This document shows positions 18,205 to 26,541 of a DNA stretch of 55,679 bases, piece by piece. The stretch's first letter is position 1, and each line of letters opens with the position of its first letter. Source of the stretch: Acidimicrobiia bacterium (GTDB taxonomy: Bacteria > Actinomycetota > Acidimicrobiia > Spongiisociales > ZC4RG35); contig JBFHRE010000003.1 in NCBI GenBank assembly GCA_041591895.1, positions 1 to 55,679 of the forward strand, given 5' to 3'. The translations under genes were made by a program, and so were the position numbers. Below the pieces are notes generated by a model, which made no database searches, was not told where the DNA came from, and saw nothing but the letters and a program-made list of their open reading frames with translations.

Positions 18205-19166
18205 CAGGCGTACACCCCGTCCGTCAGCGAGGCCGGGTCCGGCTGGGGCGCCGCCTCGGCGGCGGCGATGGCCTGCTGGATCACCGACTTGGCCGCCGTC
18301 TCGATCCCGACCAACTCCTCGTCTGGAACCCCGGAGTCGACCAGTCGCTGCCGCTGGAGTCGAACCGGGTCTCGCGCCGCCCACTTCGCCAGCAGCTCTG
18401 GGGGGACGTACTCGGCGCCGTCGTGGATGGCGTGGCCCAGCATCCGCATGGTGAGCGCCTCGATCACGCTCGGCCCGTCGCCTGACCGGGCGCCCTCGAG
18501 GGCGGTCATCGCCGTTCGGTACACCTCTTCGACGTCGTTGCCGTCGATCCGAATCGAAGGGATTCCGTACCCGGCCGCCAGCTTGTAGATCTCCGCCGTG
18601 GCGAGCTCCTGATGGAGCGGCGTCGAGTAGGCATATTGGTTGTTCTCCACGACCAATACGAACGGAGCCTTCCAGATCGCCGCCATGTTGAGCACTTCAT
18701 GGAAGCCGCCGGCACTGACCCCGCCGTCGCCGACGAACGTGACGGCTGCCCGGGCCTCACCCCGATACCGCATCGCCATCGCCGCCCCGAGCGCCGTAGG
18801 AAGGGCTTGAGGAATGTGACTGATGAAGCCGATGAGTCCCAGCGAGAGGTCGCCGAGGCCGTGGAGGTTGGCGTCGCGTCCTCCGCTCGGACCGGTGACC
18901 TTGCCCAGCAGGTTGCCAAAGATCCGATCAGGAGTCATCCCTCTCACCAGATACGAGCCGAGATCCCGGTGCATCGGTGCCATCACGTCGTCTGGCCGGG
19001 TGGCGAGCGCCACGCCGACCGAGATGGCTTCGTGGCCCCGCTGACTGAAGGTGCCACCCACCCCTCGTCCTTGCTTCCACATTGCAACCATCGCATCGTC
19101 GAACGTCCGGGTGAGAACCATCCAGCGATACATGTTCAGGGCAAGCTCACGAGTCACCTGATCCAT
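18204..19166 (-). CDS. 2-oxoacid dehydrogenase E1 alpha subunit
   Basis: TPP motif 'GDG...ENNQYA', 'GHEA', 'RMLGHAIHD'; TGATG coupling to the beta gene. Start trimmed to MDQVTRE. Confidence 0.93.
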   Translation of the reverse strand: MDQVTRELALNMYRWMVLTRTFDDAMVAMWKQGRGVGGTFSQRGHEAISVGVALATRPDDVMAPMHRDLGSYLVRGMTPDRIFGNLLGKVTGPSGGRDANLHGLGDLSLGLIGFISHIPQALPTALGAAMAMRYRGEARAAVTFVGDGGVSAGGFHEVLNMAAIWKAPFVLVVENNQYAYSTPLHQELATAEIYKLAAGYGIPSIRIDGNDVEEVYRTAMTALEGARSGDGPSVIEALTMRMLGHAIHDGAEYVPPELLAKWAARDPVRLQRQRLVDSGVPDEELVGIETAAKSVIQQAIAAAEAAPQPDPASLTDGVYA

Positions 19167-19263
19167 GGCGGTCGATGGTACCCCTGGGTCTCCGACCGGC
19201 GCCGGTCGCCGAATCGGGCCCGGACTCCGGGGCCCGATCACCGCCCCGTTACCATCGCCCGCC

Positions 19264-21639
19264 ATGCAGACCAGACACGCCTCCCCGGACGGATCGATTC
19301 TCGGAGAATCGATGTTGGGAGAATCGATGTTGGGAGAATCGATGCTGGGAGAATCGATGCTGGGAGAGCCGATGCTGGGAGGATCGATCCTGGGTGCCGC
19401 CGTGAAACGTTCGGAGGACCCGCGTCTCATCCGGGGAGAGGGCAGGTACGTCGGAGACATCCACCTCGAAGGCGAGGTGTGGATGGTTCCCGTGCGATCC
19501 GATGTCGCCCACGGAACCCTCGTCGCCATCGAGGCCGATGAGGCCCGGACGATGCCCGGCGTCGTCGGAGTCTTCGGCGCGGAAGACCTGCCCGGGCTGA
19601 TGCCGATCGATTTCGCCGACCAGCCGGAAGTCACGCGCTCCCCGCTGCTCGCCGCCGACCGGGTGCATTTCGTCGGCGACATCGTGGCGGTTGTGGTCGC
19701 CGAAACCGAGCGCCAGGCGATCGACGCCGCCGGGATGGTGTGGCTCGATATCGACCCGCTCCCGCCGGTCCCCGACGTCGCCACGGCGCTGAGCGACGGG
19801 GCACCGCTCATCTATCCGGAACTGGGCACCAACGTCGTCAAACGCGGCGGCCTGCCTGCCGTAGAGGAGCCGCTGGCGGGCTCGGCACACACGGTGAGCC
19901 TGACTGTCGTGCACCAACGAGTGACGGCGGTCCCGCTCGAGACCAACAACGCCCTGGCCGCCCCGGACGGCGATGGGCTCCAGATCTGGCTCGGACACCA
20001 GTCGGTCCACGCCGCCCGTAACGCGATCTCGAGCGCGCTCGGGATCGATCGCAACCTGATCCGGGTCCGGGTCCCGGACATGGGCGGCGGGTTCGGAGCC
20101 AAGATCATGACCTACCGCGAGCACGCCATCTGCGCCGCTCTCGCCCTCCGGCTGGGTCGCCCGGTGCGCTGGAACGAGCGGCGCACGGAGAACATGGTGG
20201 CCATGACCCACGGACGGGCCCAGGTCCACACCATCGATCTCGGTGTCGACGCCGAGGGGCGGATCACCGGCGCCCGGATCGATGTGATCCAGGACGTGGG
20301 TGGCCGTCCGGTATTCGGTTCCGATCTGCCCAGGTTCACCCAGCGGATGGCGGCCGGGCCGTATCACATCCCAAAGCTGGCCTTCTCCTGGCGCTCGGTG
20401 ATGACCACCACCACCCCGGTCCATGCGTACCGGGGAGCGGGCCGGCCCGAGGCCACCGTGACCCTCGAGAGAGCGCTCAATGTGATGGCCGCCCGAACGG
20501 GCCTCGACGTTTTCGAGATCCGGCGTCGGAACTTCCACCGTCCGGACGACTTCCCGCTCATCACCGCGACCGGCGAGCGGTATGACACCGGCGAGTACGC
20601 CAAGGCGATGGATCTCGCTCTGTCGAAGATCGACCTCGAGGCTCTGCGTGAGGACCAGCGCCGTCGCCGGGACGCGGCCGAACGTGTCCAGCTGGGGATC
20701 GGAGTTGCCAGCTATGTCGAGGTGACCGCCCCCGGGGGACGCAAGGACTGGGGAGCGGTTGAGATCCACGAGGACGGATCGGCCACGATCTCATCGGGGG
20801 CGCTGTCCCACGGCCACTCGCACGAAACCACCTTCGCCCAGATCGTCTCGGAGCACCTCCGAATCCCCCTGGAGCGGATCGAGTTCGTCCAGGGGGACAC
20901 CGCCGCGGTCAAGCGGGGAGGCGGGACGATGGGCTCGAGATCGCTCCAGATGGCGGGTTCGGCCGTCTACCGCTCATCCGAAACCGTGCTCGACCGGGCC
21001 AAGGCGTTGGTCGCTCACGCGCTCGAGGCCCACACGGAAGACATCGTCCTCGGCGACGACGGAACTCTGGGGGTGGCCGGCGTTCCCGACACGTCCTACA
21101 CCTGGGGTCAGGTGGCTCAACTCGCCGCCGAGTCGGAGGAAGGCCGGCTGGCGGCCGACGACACCTACGAGCAGGAGCACTCGACGGTGGCATTCGGGAC
21201 CCACATCTCGGTGGTCGAGGTCGACACCGAGACCGGCGAAGTCCGGATGGTGCGCCACATCGCCTGCGATGACGCCGGTCGAATCCTCAACCGAATCGTC
21301 CTCGACGGCCAGGTGCACGGTGGGGTCGCCCAGGGGGTCGGACAGGCTCTGTTCGAACACGTCCGCTACGACTCCGAGGCCAACCCACTCACCACCAATC
21401 TCACCGGCTATCTGCTTCCATCCGCCACGACTCTGCCGATGATCGAGGTCGACCACACCGTGACCCCCACCACGGAGAACCCGCTCGGAGTCAAGGGGAT
21501 CGGAGAAGCGGGCACCGTCGGTGCGACCCCCGCCGTGCTGAACGCAGTCCACGACGCGCTGGCCCACCTCGGAATCGAGCATCTCGACATGCCGCTCACC
21601 CCGTCGCGGGTCTGGTCGGCAATCCGGACCGCTCGCTGA
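19264..21639 (+). CDS. Xanthine oxidase-family molybdopterin-binding large subunit, form II CoxL-like
   Basis: 'RSEDPRLIRGEGRYVGD', 'MGGGFGAK', active-site loop 'AYRGAGRPE', 'GQVHGGVAQG', 'KGIGEAG'. Start uncertain: 19264 or any ATG from 19312 to 19372. Confidence 0.9.
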   Translation: MQTRHASPDGSILGESMLGESMLGESMLGESMLGEPMLGGSILGAAVKRSEDPRLIRGEGRYVGDIHLEGEVWMVPVRSDVAHGTLVAIEADEARTMPGVVGVFGAEDLPGLMPIDFADQPEVTRSPLLAADRVHFVGDIVAVVVAETERQAIDAAGMVWLDIDPLPPVPDVATALSDGAPLIYPELGTNVVKRGGLPAVEEPLAGSAHTVSLTVVHQRVTAVPLETNNALAAPDGDGLQIWLGHQSVHAARNAISSALGIDRNLIRVRVPDMGGGFGAKIMTYREHAICAALALRLGRPVRWNERRTENMVAMTHGRAQVHTIDLGVDAEGRITGARIDVIQDVGGRPVFGSDLPRFTQRMAAGPYHIPKLAFSWRSVMTTTTPVHAYRGAGRPEATVTLERALNVMAARTGLDVFEIRRRNFHRPDDFPLITATGERYDTGEYAKAMDLALSKIDLEALREDQRRRRDAAERVQLGIGVASYVEVTAPGGRKDWGAVEIHEDGSATISSGALSHGHSHETTFAQIVSEHLRIPLERIEFVQGDTAAVKRGGGTMGSRSLQMAGSAVYRSSETVLDRAKALVAHALEAHTEDIVLGDDGTLGVAGVPDTSYTWGQVAQLAAESEEGRLAADDTYEQEHSTVAFGTHISVVEVDTETGEVRMVRHIACDDAGRILNRIVLDGQVHGGVAQGVGQALFEHVRYDSEANPLTTNLTGYLLPSATTLPMIEVDHTVTPTTENPLGVKGIGEAGTVGATPAVLNAVHDALAHLGIEHLDMPLTPSRVWSAIRTAR
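19291..19395 (+). repeat. 15-bp tandem repeat x7 (consensus GAATCGATGYTGGGA), encoding (ESMLG)n
   Basis: Units start at 19291, 19306, 19321, 19336, 19351, 19366 and 19381; the outer units are diverged (GSILG). Confidence 0.92.
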
Positions 21640-21671
21640 TCGCCCCTCTGCTTGACTGACTGACCGTAAGC

Positions 21672-22913
21672 ATGGATCTCGACCGCGACCTACCGCTGAT
21701 ACTCCTCCTGTTCGGGGCCTTTCTCCTCTCGGTGTTCGTGGCCGCCGCCGAGACCTCATTGCTCCGGATGCCGGCGGTGCGGGTCGAGACGATGGCCGCC
21801 GACGGCGTGCGAGGGGCCAAGCGGCTCAAAGCGCTGGTCGACCGGCTCCCACAGGTGCTCAACGCGATCCTGCTTTCGGCACTCCTGACCCAGATCGTCG
21901 CCGCCACCGTGGCCGGAATCCTGGCCGACCGGTGGTTCGGTCCGCTGGGGGTCACGATCGCCTCCGCCACCCTGACGGTCATCCTGTTCATCTACGCCGA
22001 AGCGATCCCCAAGACCTACGCCGTTCGCCACTCCGACCAGGTGGCGCTTCGGCTTGCTGCACCGATGTCACTGCTCGAGCTGATCCTTCGACCGATCGTG
22101 TCGATTCTGGTCTGGATCGCCGACCTGCAGATGCCCGGCAAGGGGATCCTCACCTCCCCGACCGTCACCGAGGACGAGTTGCGGATGCTCGCCACCCGGG
22201 CCGCATTGGAAGGCGAGATCACCCGCGAGGACCTGATGTTGATCGAGCGGGCGTTCCGGGCCGGCGATCGGGAGGTGGACGACATCATGGTCCCCCGCCC
22301 GGACATAGTCGCCGTGTCCGAAGACGCATCGGTGTCTGCGGCGCTCGAGACGGCGCTCGAGGCCGGCCACCGGCGCCTGCCGGTGTTCGAGGGTTCGATC
22401 GAGAACATCACCGGCGTGGTCCGGATCCGGGATCTGATCCGGGTGCCACCCGAGAGACGGCATGTGCAAGTGGGGACCTTCGCCGAGGAGCCCCTGGTCG
22501 TCCCCGAGTCGAAGCGGGTTCTCGACTTGTTACGAGAGATGCAGCGGATCCACAACCACGTGGCGGTGGTTGTCGACGAGTACGGCGGGACTGCCGGAAT
22601 GGTGACCGTCGAGGACATCGTCGAAGAGCTGATCGGCTCGATTCAGGAGCGGCCCGTCGGCCAGGAGGTCGTGCAGGTCGGCGAAGGAGTGTGGATGGTG
22701 GACGGATCGATCCCGGTCGAAGACCTGGAGGACATCCTCGGCGAAGAGATCGACGACAGCGACTGGAACACCGTCGCCGGGCTGACCCTCGGACTGCTGG
22801 GGCGCCTCCCCGAGGTCGGGGACGAGGTCGAACACGCCGACCACGCCATCCGGGTGGTGGCGGTCAGGGGCCGGCGCATTCTCCGGGTCGAGATCCGCCG
22901 CACACATGGCTGA
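21672..22913 (+). CDS. CNNM/CorB (hemolysin family) protein: DUF21 + 2 CBS + CorC_HlyC
   Basis: 'AAAETSL', 'AEAIPKT', 'IMVPRPDI', 'VVDEYGGTAGMVTVEDIVEELIG'. Confidence 0.92.
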   Translation: MDLDRDLPLILLLFGAFLLSVFVAAAETSLLRMPAVRVETMAADGVRGAKRLKALVDRLPQVLNAILLSALLTQIVAATVAGILADRWFGPLGVTIASATLTVILFIYAEAIPKTYAVRHSDQVALRLAAPMSLLELILRPIVSILVWIADLQMPGKGILTSPTVTEDELRMLATRAALEGEITREDLMLIERAFRAGDREVDDIMVPRPDIVAVSEDASVSAALETALEAGHRRLPVFEGSIENITGVVRIRDLIRVPPERRHVQVGTFAEEPLVVPESKRVLDLLREMQRIHNHVAVVVDEYGGTAGMVTVEDIVEELIGSIQERPVGQEVVQVGEGVWMVDGSIPVEDLEDILGEEIDDSDWNTVAGLTLGLLGRLPEVGDEVEHADHAIRVVAVRGRRILRVEIRRTHG

Positions 22914-22928
22914 CACTCCGCCGGGTAC

Positions 22929-24293
22929 CTACGCAACCACCACCGTTTTCTGGTTCACGAACTCGTAGATGCCGAGATCCGACAGTTCCCTCCCGTAGCC
23001 AGAGGTCTTGATGCCGCCGAACGGCAACCGCGGGTCCGACGCCACCAAGGCGTTCACGAAGCAGCAACCGGCCTCCAACCATTCGGCGGCGATCCGCTCG
23101 CCGCGCGCCGGATCTCCGGTGAACACCGCTGCCCCGAGCCCGAAGATCGTGTCGTTGGCGACCTCGATTGCCTCCTGCTCGCTCGACACCTTGATGACCG
23201 ATGCCACCGGTCCGAACATCTCCTCGGAGTAGGCCGGCGTACCCTTTTTCACGTCGGTCAAGACCGTGGGTGGGTAGTAGGCGCCGGGCAGATCCGGGAC
23301 CTCCCCACCCAGGGCCAGCGTGGCGCCGGCCGCCACCGAGCGCAGCACCTGGTCGTGGAGTTCGTCGCGCAAATCGTGACGGGCCTGGGGACCGAGCTGA
23401 ACGCCGGGGTCGAACGGGTCGCCCATCACCGTGGCGGCCATCTTGGCGATGAACGACTCGAGCCACTGGTCGTAGATCGCTTCGTGGACGATGAACCGCT
23501 TGGCGGCGATACACGACTGTCCGCCGTTGATCATCCGGGAGGTGGCGCAGGTCGCCGCCGACGCTTCGACGTCGGCGTCCTCAAGAACGATGTACGGGTC
23601 GGAACCGCCCAGTTCGAGGACCGTCTTCTTGAGCAGCGACCCCGCCTTGGACGCCACCGCCCGGCCCGCCGGGTCCGACCCGGTGAGGGTGGCGGCCATC
23701 ACCTTCGGATTCTCGATTACCTCGGCCACCCGGGAGCCGGGGACCAGAAGGGTGGTGAACGCGCCGGTGGGAAACCCGGCCTCGGTGAAGGCTTCCTCGA
23801 TGGCGAGGGCCGAACCGGTCACGTTCGAGGCATGCTTCAACAGCCCCACGTTTCCGGCCATGAGCGCCGGAGCCGCAAATCGGAACACCTGCCAGAACGG
23901 GAAGTTCCACGGCATCACGGCCAGGATCACCCCGAGCGGCTCGTGGTGGAGGTAGCTCTTGGTCCGCTCGGTGGCGATGTGTCGGTCGGCCAGGATCGAC
24001 TCTGCGTTCTCGGCGTAATGCCGGCACACCCAGGCACACTTCTCGATCTCCGCCTTCGCCCCCGCCACCGGCTTGCCCATCTCGATGGTCATGAGCTCCG
24101 CCCACTCGGCCGCTCGCTTCTCGAGCACGTCGGCCACCGCCAGCATGAGGTCGGTGCGGGCCGAGAAGGGAGTCCTCCGCCACTGCACATACGTTTCGTG
24201 GGCACGATCGACGATCGCCGATACCTCAGCCGATGTGTGCTCTGCGTACGTCGTGACCAGCTCGCCGGTCGCCGGATTGATGGTTTCCAACAT
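22929..24293 (-). CDS. NAD(P)-dependent succinate-semialdehyde dehydrogenase (Sad/GabD1 type)
   Basis: 'INPATGE', 'MPWNFPFWQ', 'LELGGSDP', 'GQSCIAAKR', 'EEMFGPV', 'PFGGIKTSGYGRELS'; SD AGGAG. Confidence 0.93.
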   Translation of the reverse strand: MLETINPATGELVTTYAEHTSAEVSAIVDRAHETYVQWRRTPFSARTDLMLAVADVLEKRAAEWAELMTIEMGKPVAGAKAEIEKCAWVCRHYAENAESILADRHIATERTKSYLHHEPLGVILAVMPWNFPFWQVFRFAAPALMAGNVGLLKHASNVTGSALAIEEAFTEAGFPTGAFTTLLVPGSRVAEVIENPKVMAATLTGSDPAGRAVASKAGSLLKKTVLELGGSDPYIVLEDADVEASAATCATSRMINGGQSCIAAKRFIVHEAIYDQWLESFIAKMAATVMGDPFDPGVQLGPQARHDLRDELHDQVLRSVAAGATLALGGEVPDLPGAYYPPTVLTDVKKGTPAYSEEMFGPVASVIKVSSEQEAIEVANDTIFGLGAAVFTGDPARGERIAAEWLEAGCCFVNALVASDPRLPFGGIKTSGYGRELSDLGIYEFVNQKTVVVA

Positions 24294-24369
24294 GACTCTT
24301 GGCTCCTGGATGCGGATGAGCCGAGTATTGCCGACGCCGGGTGGGCCTGTCGAGTTGTAGCGTGACCGC

Positions 24370-25494
24370 ATGGAACGCTGGGACGCGATCGTCATCGGAG
24401 GCGGCATCGCCGGAGTTTCGGCAGCGGCAGAGCTCGCGGCGCGGTCGGCCCGGGTCGTGGTCCTCGAACGGGAATCGCAACTGGCGTATCACACCACCGG
24501 CCGGTCGGCGGCGCTCTATCTGGAGAACTACGGCCATCCTGCTATTCGACCGCTGAGCCGGGCGTCGCGGACGATCTTCAGCTCGCCGCCCGACGGTCTC
24601 ACAGACGGCGCTCTGTTCGGTGAGGTTCGTGGCGCGCTCACGGTGGCCGAGGCCGGGCACGAGCACGAACTCGACGAGCAACTGCGATCGGGAGCGCAAG
24701 CCGGGACTGTCGTCCACCGGATCTCGGTGGCCGAAGCGCTCGACCGCGTCCCCGTGCTCCGGAGAGAGCTTGTCGTCGGGGCTCTATGGGAGCCCGACGC
24801 CACCGACATCGATGTGGCGGGCACCCATCAGATGTACGTGCGCGCACTGCGGAGGGCCGGCGCCGAGATCCGGACCTCGACTCCCGTCACGGGCTTGGAT
24901 GGGGGTGACGGGGGGTGGGTGGTGACCTCCGGCACCGAACGCTTCCTGGGCCGGATGGTGGTCAACGCCGCCGGGGCATGGGGTGACCAGGTCGCAGCCC
25001 TGGCCGGTCTCAAGCCTGTGGGCCTCACCCCGATGCGCCGGACCGCTTTCATGGTCGCCGGCTCCGCGGACGGAGCCGACTGGCCTCTGGTGATCGGGGC
25101 CGGCCACGACTACTACTTCAAACCGGACGGATCTCAACTCCTGTGCTCGCCGTCGGAGGAGGAACCGGACGCACCAGGAGATCCTCGACCCCGCGAGGAG
25201 GACATCGCCCTCGCCATCGAACGGATCAACGAGGTCACCACCTTGGCGATCAGGTCGGTACGTTCGTCCTGGACCGGGCTGCGAACCTTCGCTCCAGACC
25301 GGGCGATGGTTATCGGCCCCGACCCGGACGCACCGTCCTTCCACTGGCTGGTCGGACAGGGCGGAACCGGGATCCAGACCGCGCCGGCAGCCGCGATGCT
25401 CATGGCCGGCATCGCCCTCGACGGCTCTCCGCCCGACCACCTCTCCCACATCGATGCGCCCGCCCTGTCGCCCGGCCGGTTCCACTTCGGTTAA
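24370..25494 (+). CDS. FAD-dependent oxidoreductase (DAO/glycine oxidase family)
   Basis: 'IVIGGGIAG', 'HTTGRSAA', 'VVNAAGAWGD', 'GQGGTGIQTAPA'. Confidence 0.9.
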   Translation: MERWDAIVIGGGIAGVSAAAELAARSARVVVLERESQLAYHTTGRSAALYLENYGHPAIRPLSRASRTIFSSPPDGLTDGALFGEVRGALTVAEAGHEHELDEQLRSGAQAGTVVHRISVAEALDRVPVLRRELVVGALWEPDATDIDVAGTHQMYVRALRRAGAEIRTSTPVTGLDGGDGGWVVTSGTERFLGRMVVNAAGAWGDQVAALAGLKPVGLTPMRRTAFMVAGSADGADWPLVIGAGHDYYFKPDGSQLLCSPSEEEPDAPGDPRPREEDIALAIERINEVTTLAIRSVRSSWTGLRTFAPDRAMVIGPDPDAPSFHWLVGQGGTGIQTAPAAAMLMAGIALDGSPPDHLSHIDAPALSPGRFHFG

Positions 25495-25527
25495 CGCTTG
25501 TTCACCCAGGCAACCAAACTCTGATCC

Positions 25528-26541
25528 ATGAATCCGATCGAATCGGTGGATCGCGTTCGCAGGAGAGTCGTGGCCTCGACCGTGGGCTTGTTCGCCCATG
25601 CAGAGGATCCGCTGGCAAACACGCTCGCCCATGCCGGTGACCCGGGGCTGTTCGGACCCGATTCGGTCACCTGGAGGGTGATGGGCGACCCGGCGACCTT
25701 CGTCGGAGGGATCAGGGCGCTCATGATCCAGGCTGCACATCCCGAGGTGGCGGCCGGTGTCTCCGACCACTCCCGATACCGCGAGGACCCCCTCGGCCGT
25801 TTGTCACGGACATCGAACTACGTCACGGCTACCGCGTACGGTGCCATGCCTGAGGTGGAGGCGGCGATCCGAGCGGTGCGGAGGGCCCATACCGGGGTCT
25901 CGGGTACGTCCCACCGGGCAATGCGTTACGCCGCCTCGGATCCCGAACTGGCGGCGTGGGTGCACAACACACTCACCGACTCGTTCCTCCAGGCGAACCA
26001 GACCTACGGGAAGGTCAAATTGACACCGGAGGACGCCGACCTCTTCGTTGCGGAGCAATCCAGGGTCGGACGGCTCCTCGATGCCGACCCGTTGCCCGAG
26101 ACGGCGCAAGGCCTCGCCATGTACGTCGCCGACCATCCCCGCCTGGCGCCATCGCCCGGCGCCACCCAGGCGATGGAGTTCCTCGCGAAGCCTCCGCTGA
26201 CACCACTGGTTTCGATCGGGTATCGGGTCCTGGCCGGTGCAGCGGCCGCCATCATTCCATCTCGAATTCGGGACGTACTCGAGATCGAAGTTCCCCGGCT
26301 GTCGGAATCCCGAGGTCGAGCCATGGTCACGGCCCTGCAATGGGCTCTCGGGGCTTCGCCCCGCTGGCGGATGGCGTTGCTCCGGGTGGGCGCCGACATC
26401 CCCGAGGGGATCTTCAAGCAGAAGGCACCGTTCGAGGATCTCGATCCGAGTCAGCCGGCCCGTTCGGACCTGACGGATTCGGTCGACGAAGCGGCCGGGA
26501 CGAGCAGTACGAAGCTGGCCCCGCCTTCCCGCGGCTCATAG
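25528..26541 (+). CDS. MpaB/DUF2236-family oxygenase-like protein
   Basis: 'PGLFGPDSVTWRV', 'ALMIQAAHP.VAAGV.DHS', 'YAASDPELAAWVH'. Confidence 0.88.
   Translation: MNPIESVDRVRRRVVASTVGLFAHAEDPLANTLAHAGDPGLFGPDSVTWRVMGDPATFVGGIRALMIQAAHPEVAAGVSDHSRYREDPLGRLSRTSNYVTATAYGAMPEVEAAIRAVRRAHTGVSGTSHRAMRYAASDPELAAWVHNTLTDSFLQANQTYGKVKLTPEDADLFVAEQSRVGRLLDADPLPETAQGLAMYVADHPRLAPSPGATQAMEFLAKPPLTPLVSIGYRVLAGAAAAIIPSRIRDVLEIEVPRLSESRGRAMVTALQWALGASPRWRMALLRVGADIPEGIFKQKAPFEDLDPSQPARSDLTDSVDEAAGTSSTKLAPPSRGS

Noticed and set aside
19264-21639. Bona fide (form I) aerobic CO dehydrogenase
   Set aside because: The active-site loop is AYRGAGR, not AYxCSFR, and no coxMS or coxDEFG genes are adjacent.
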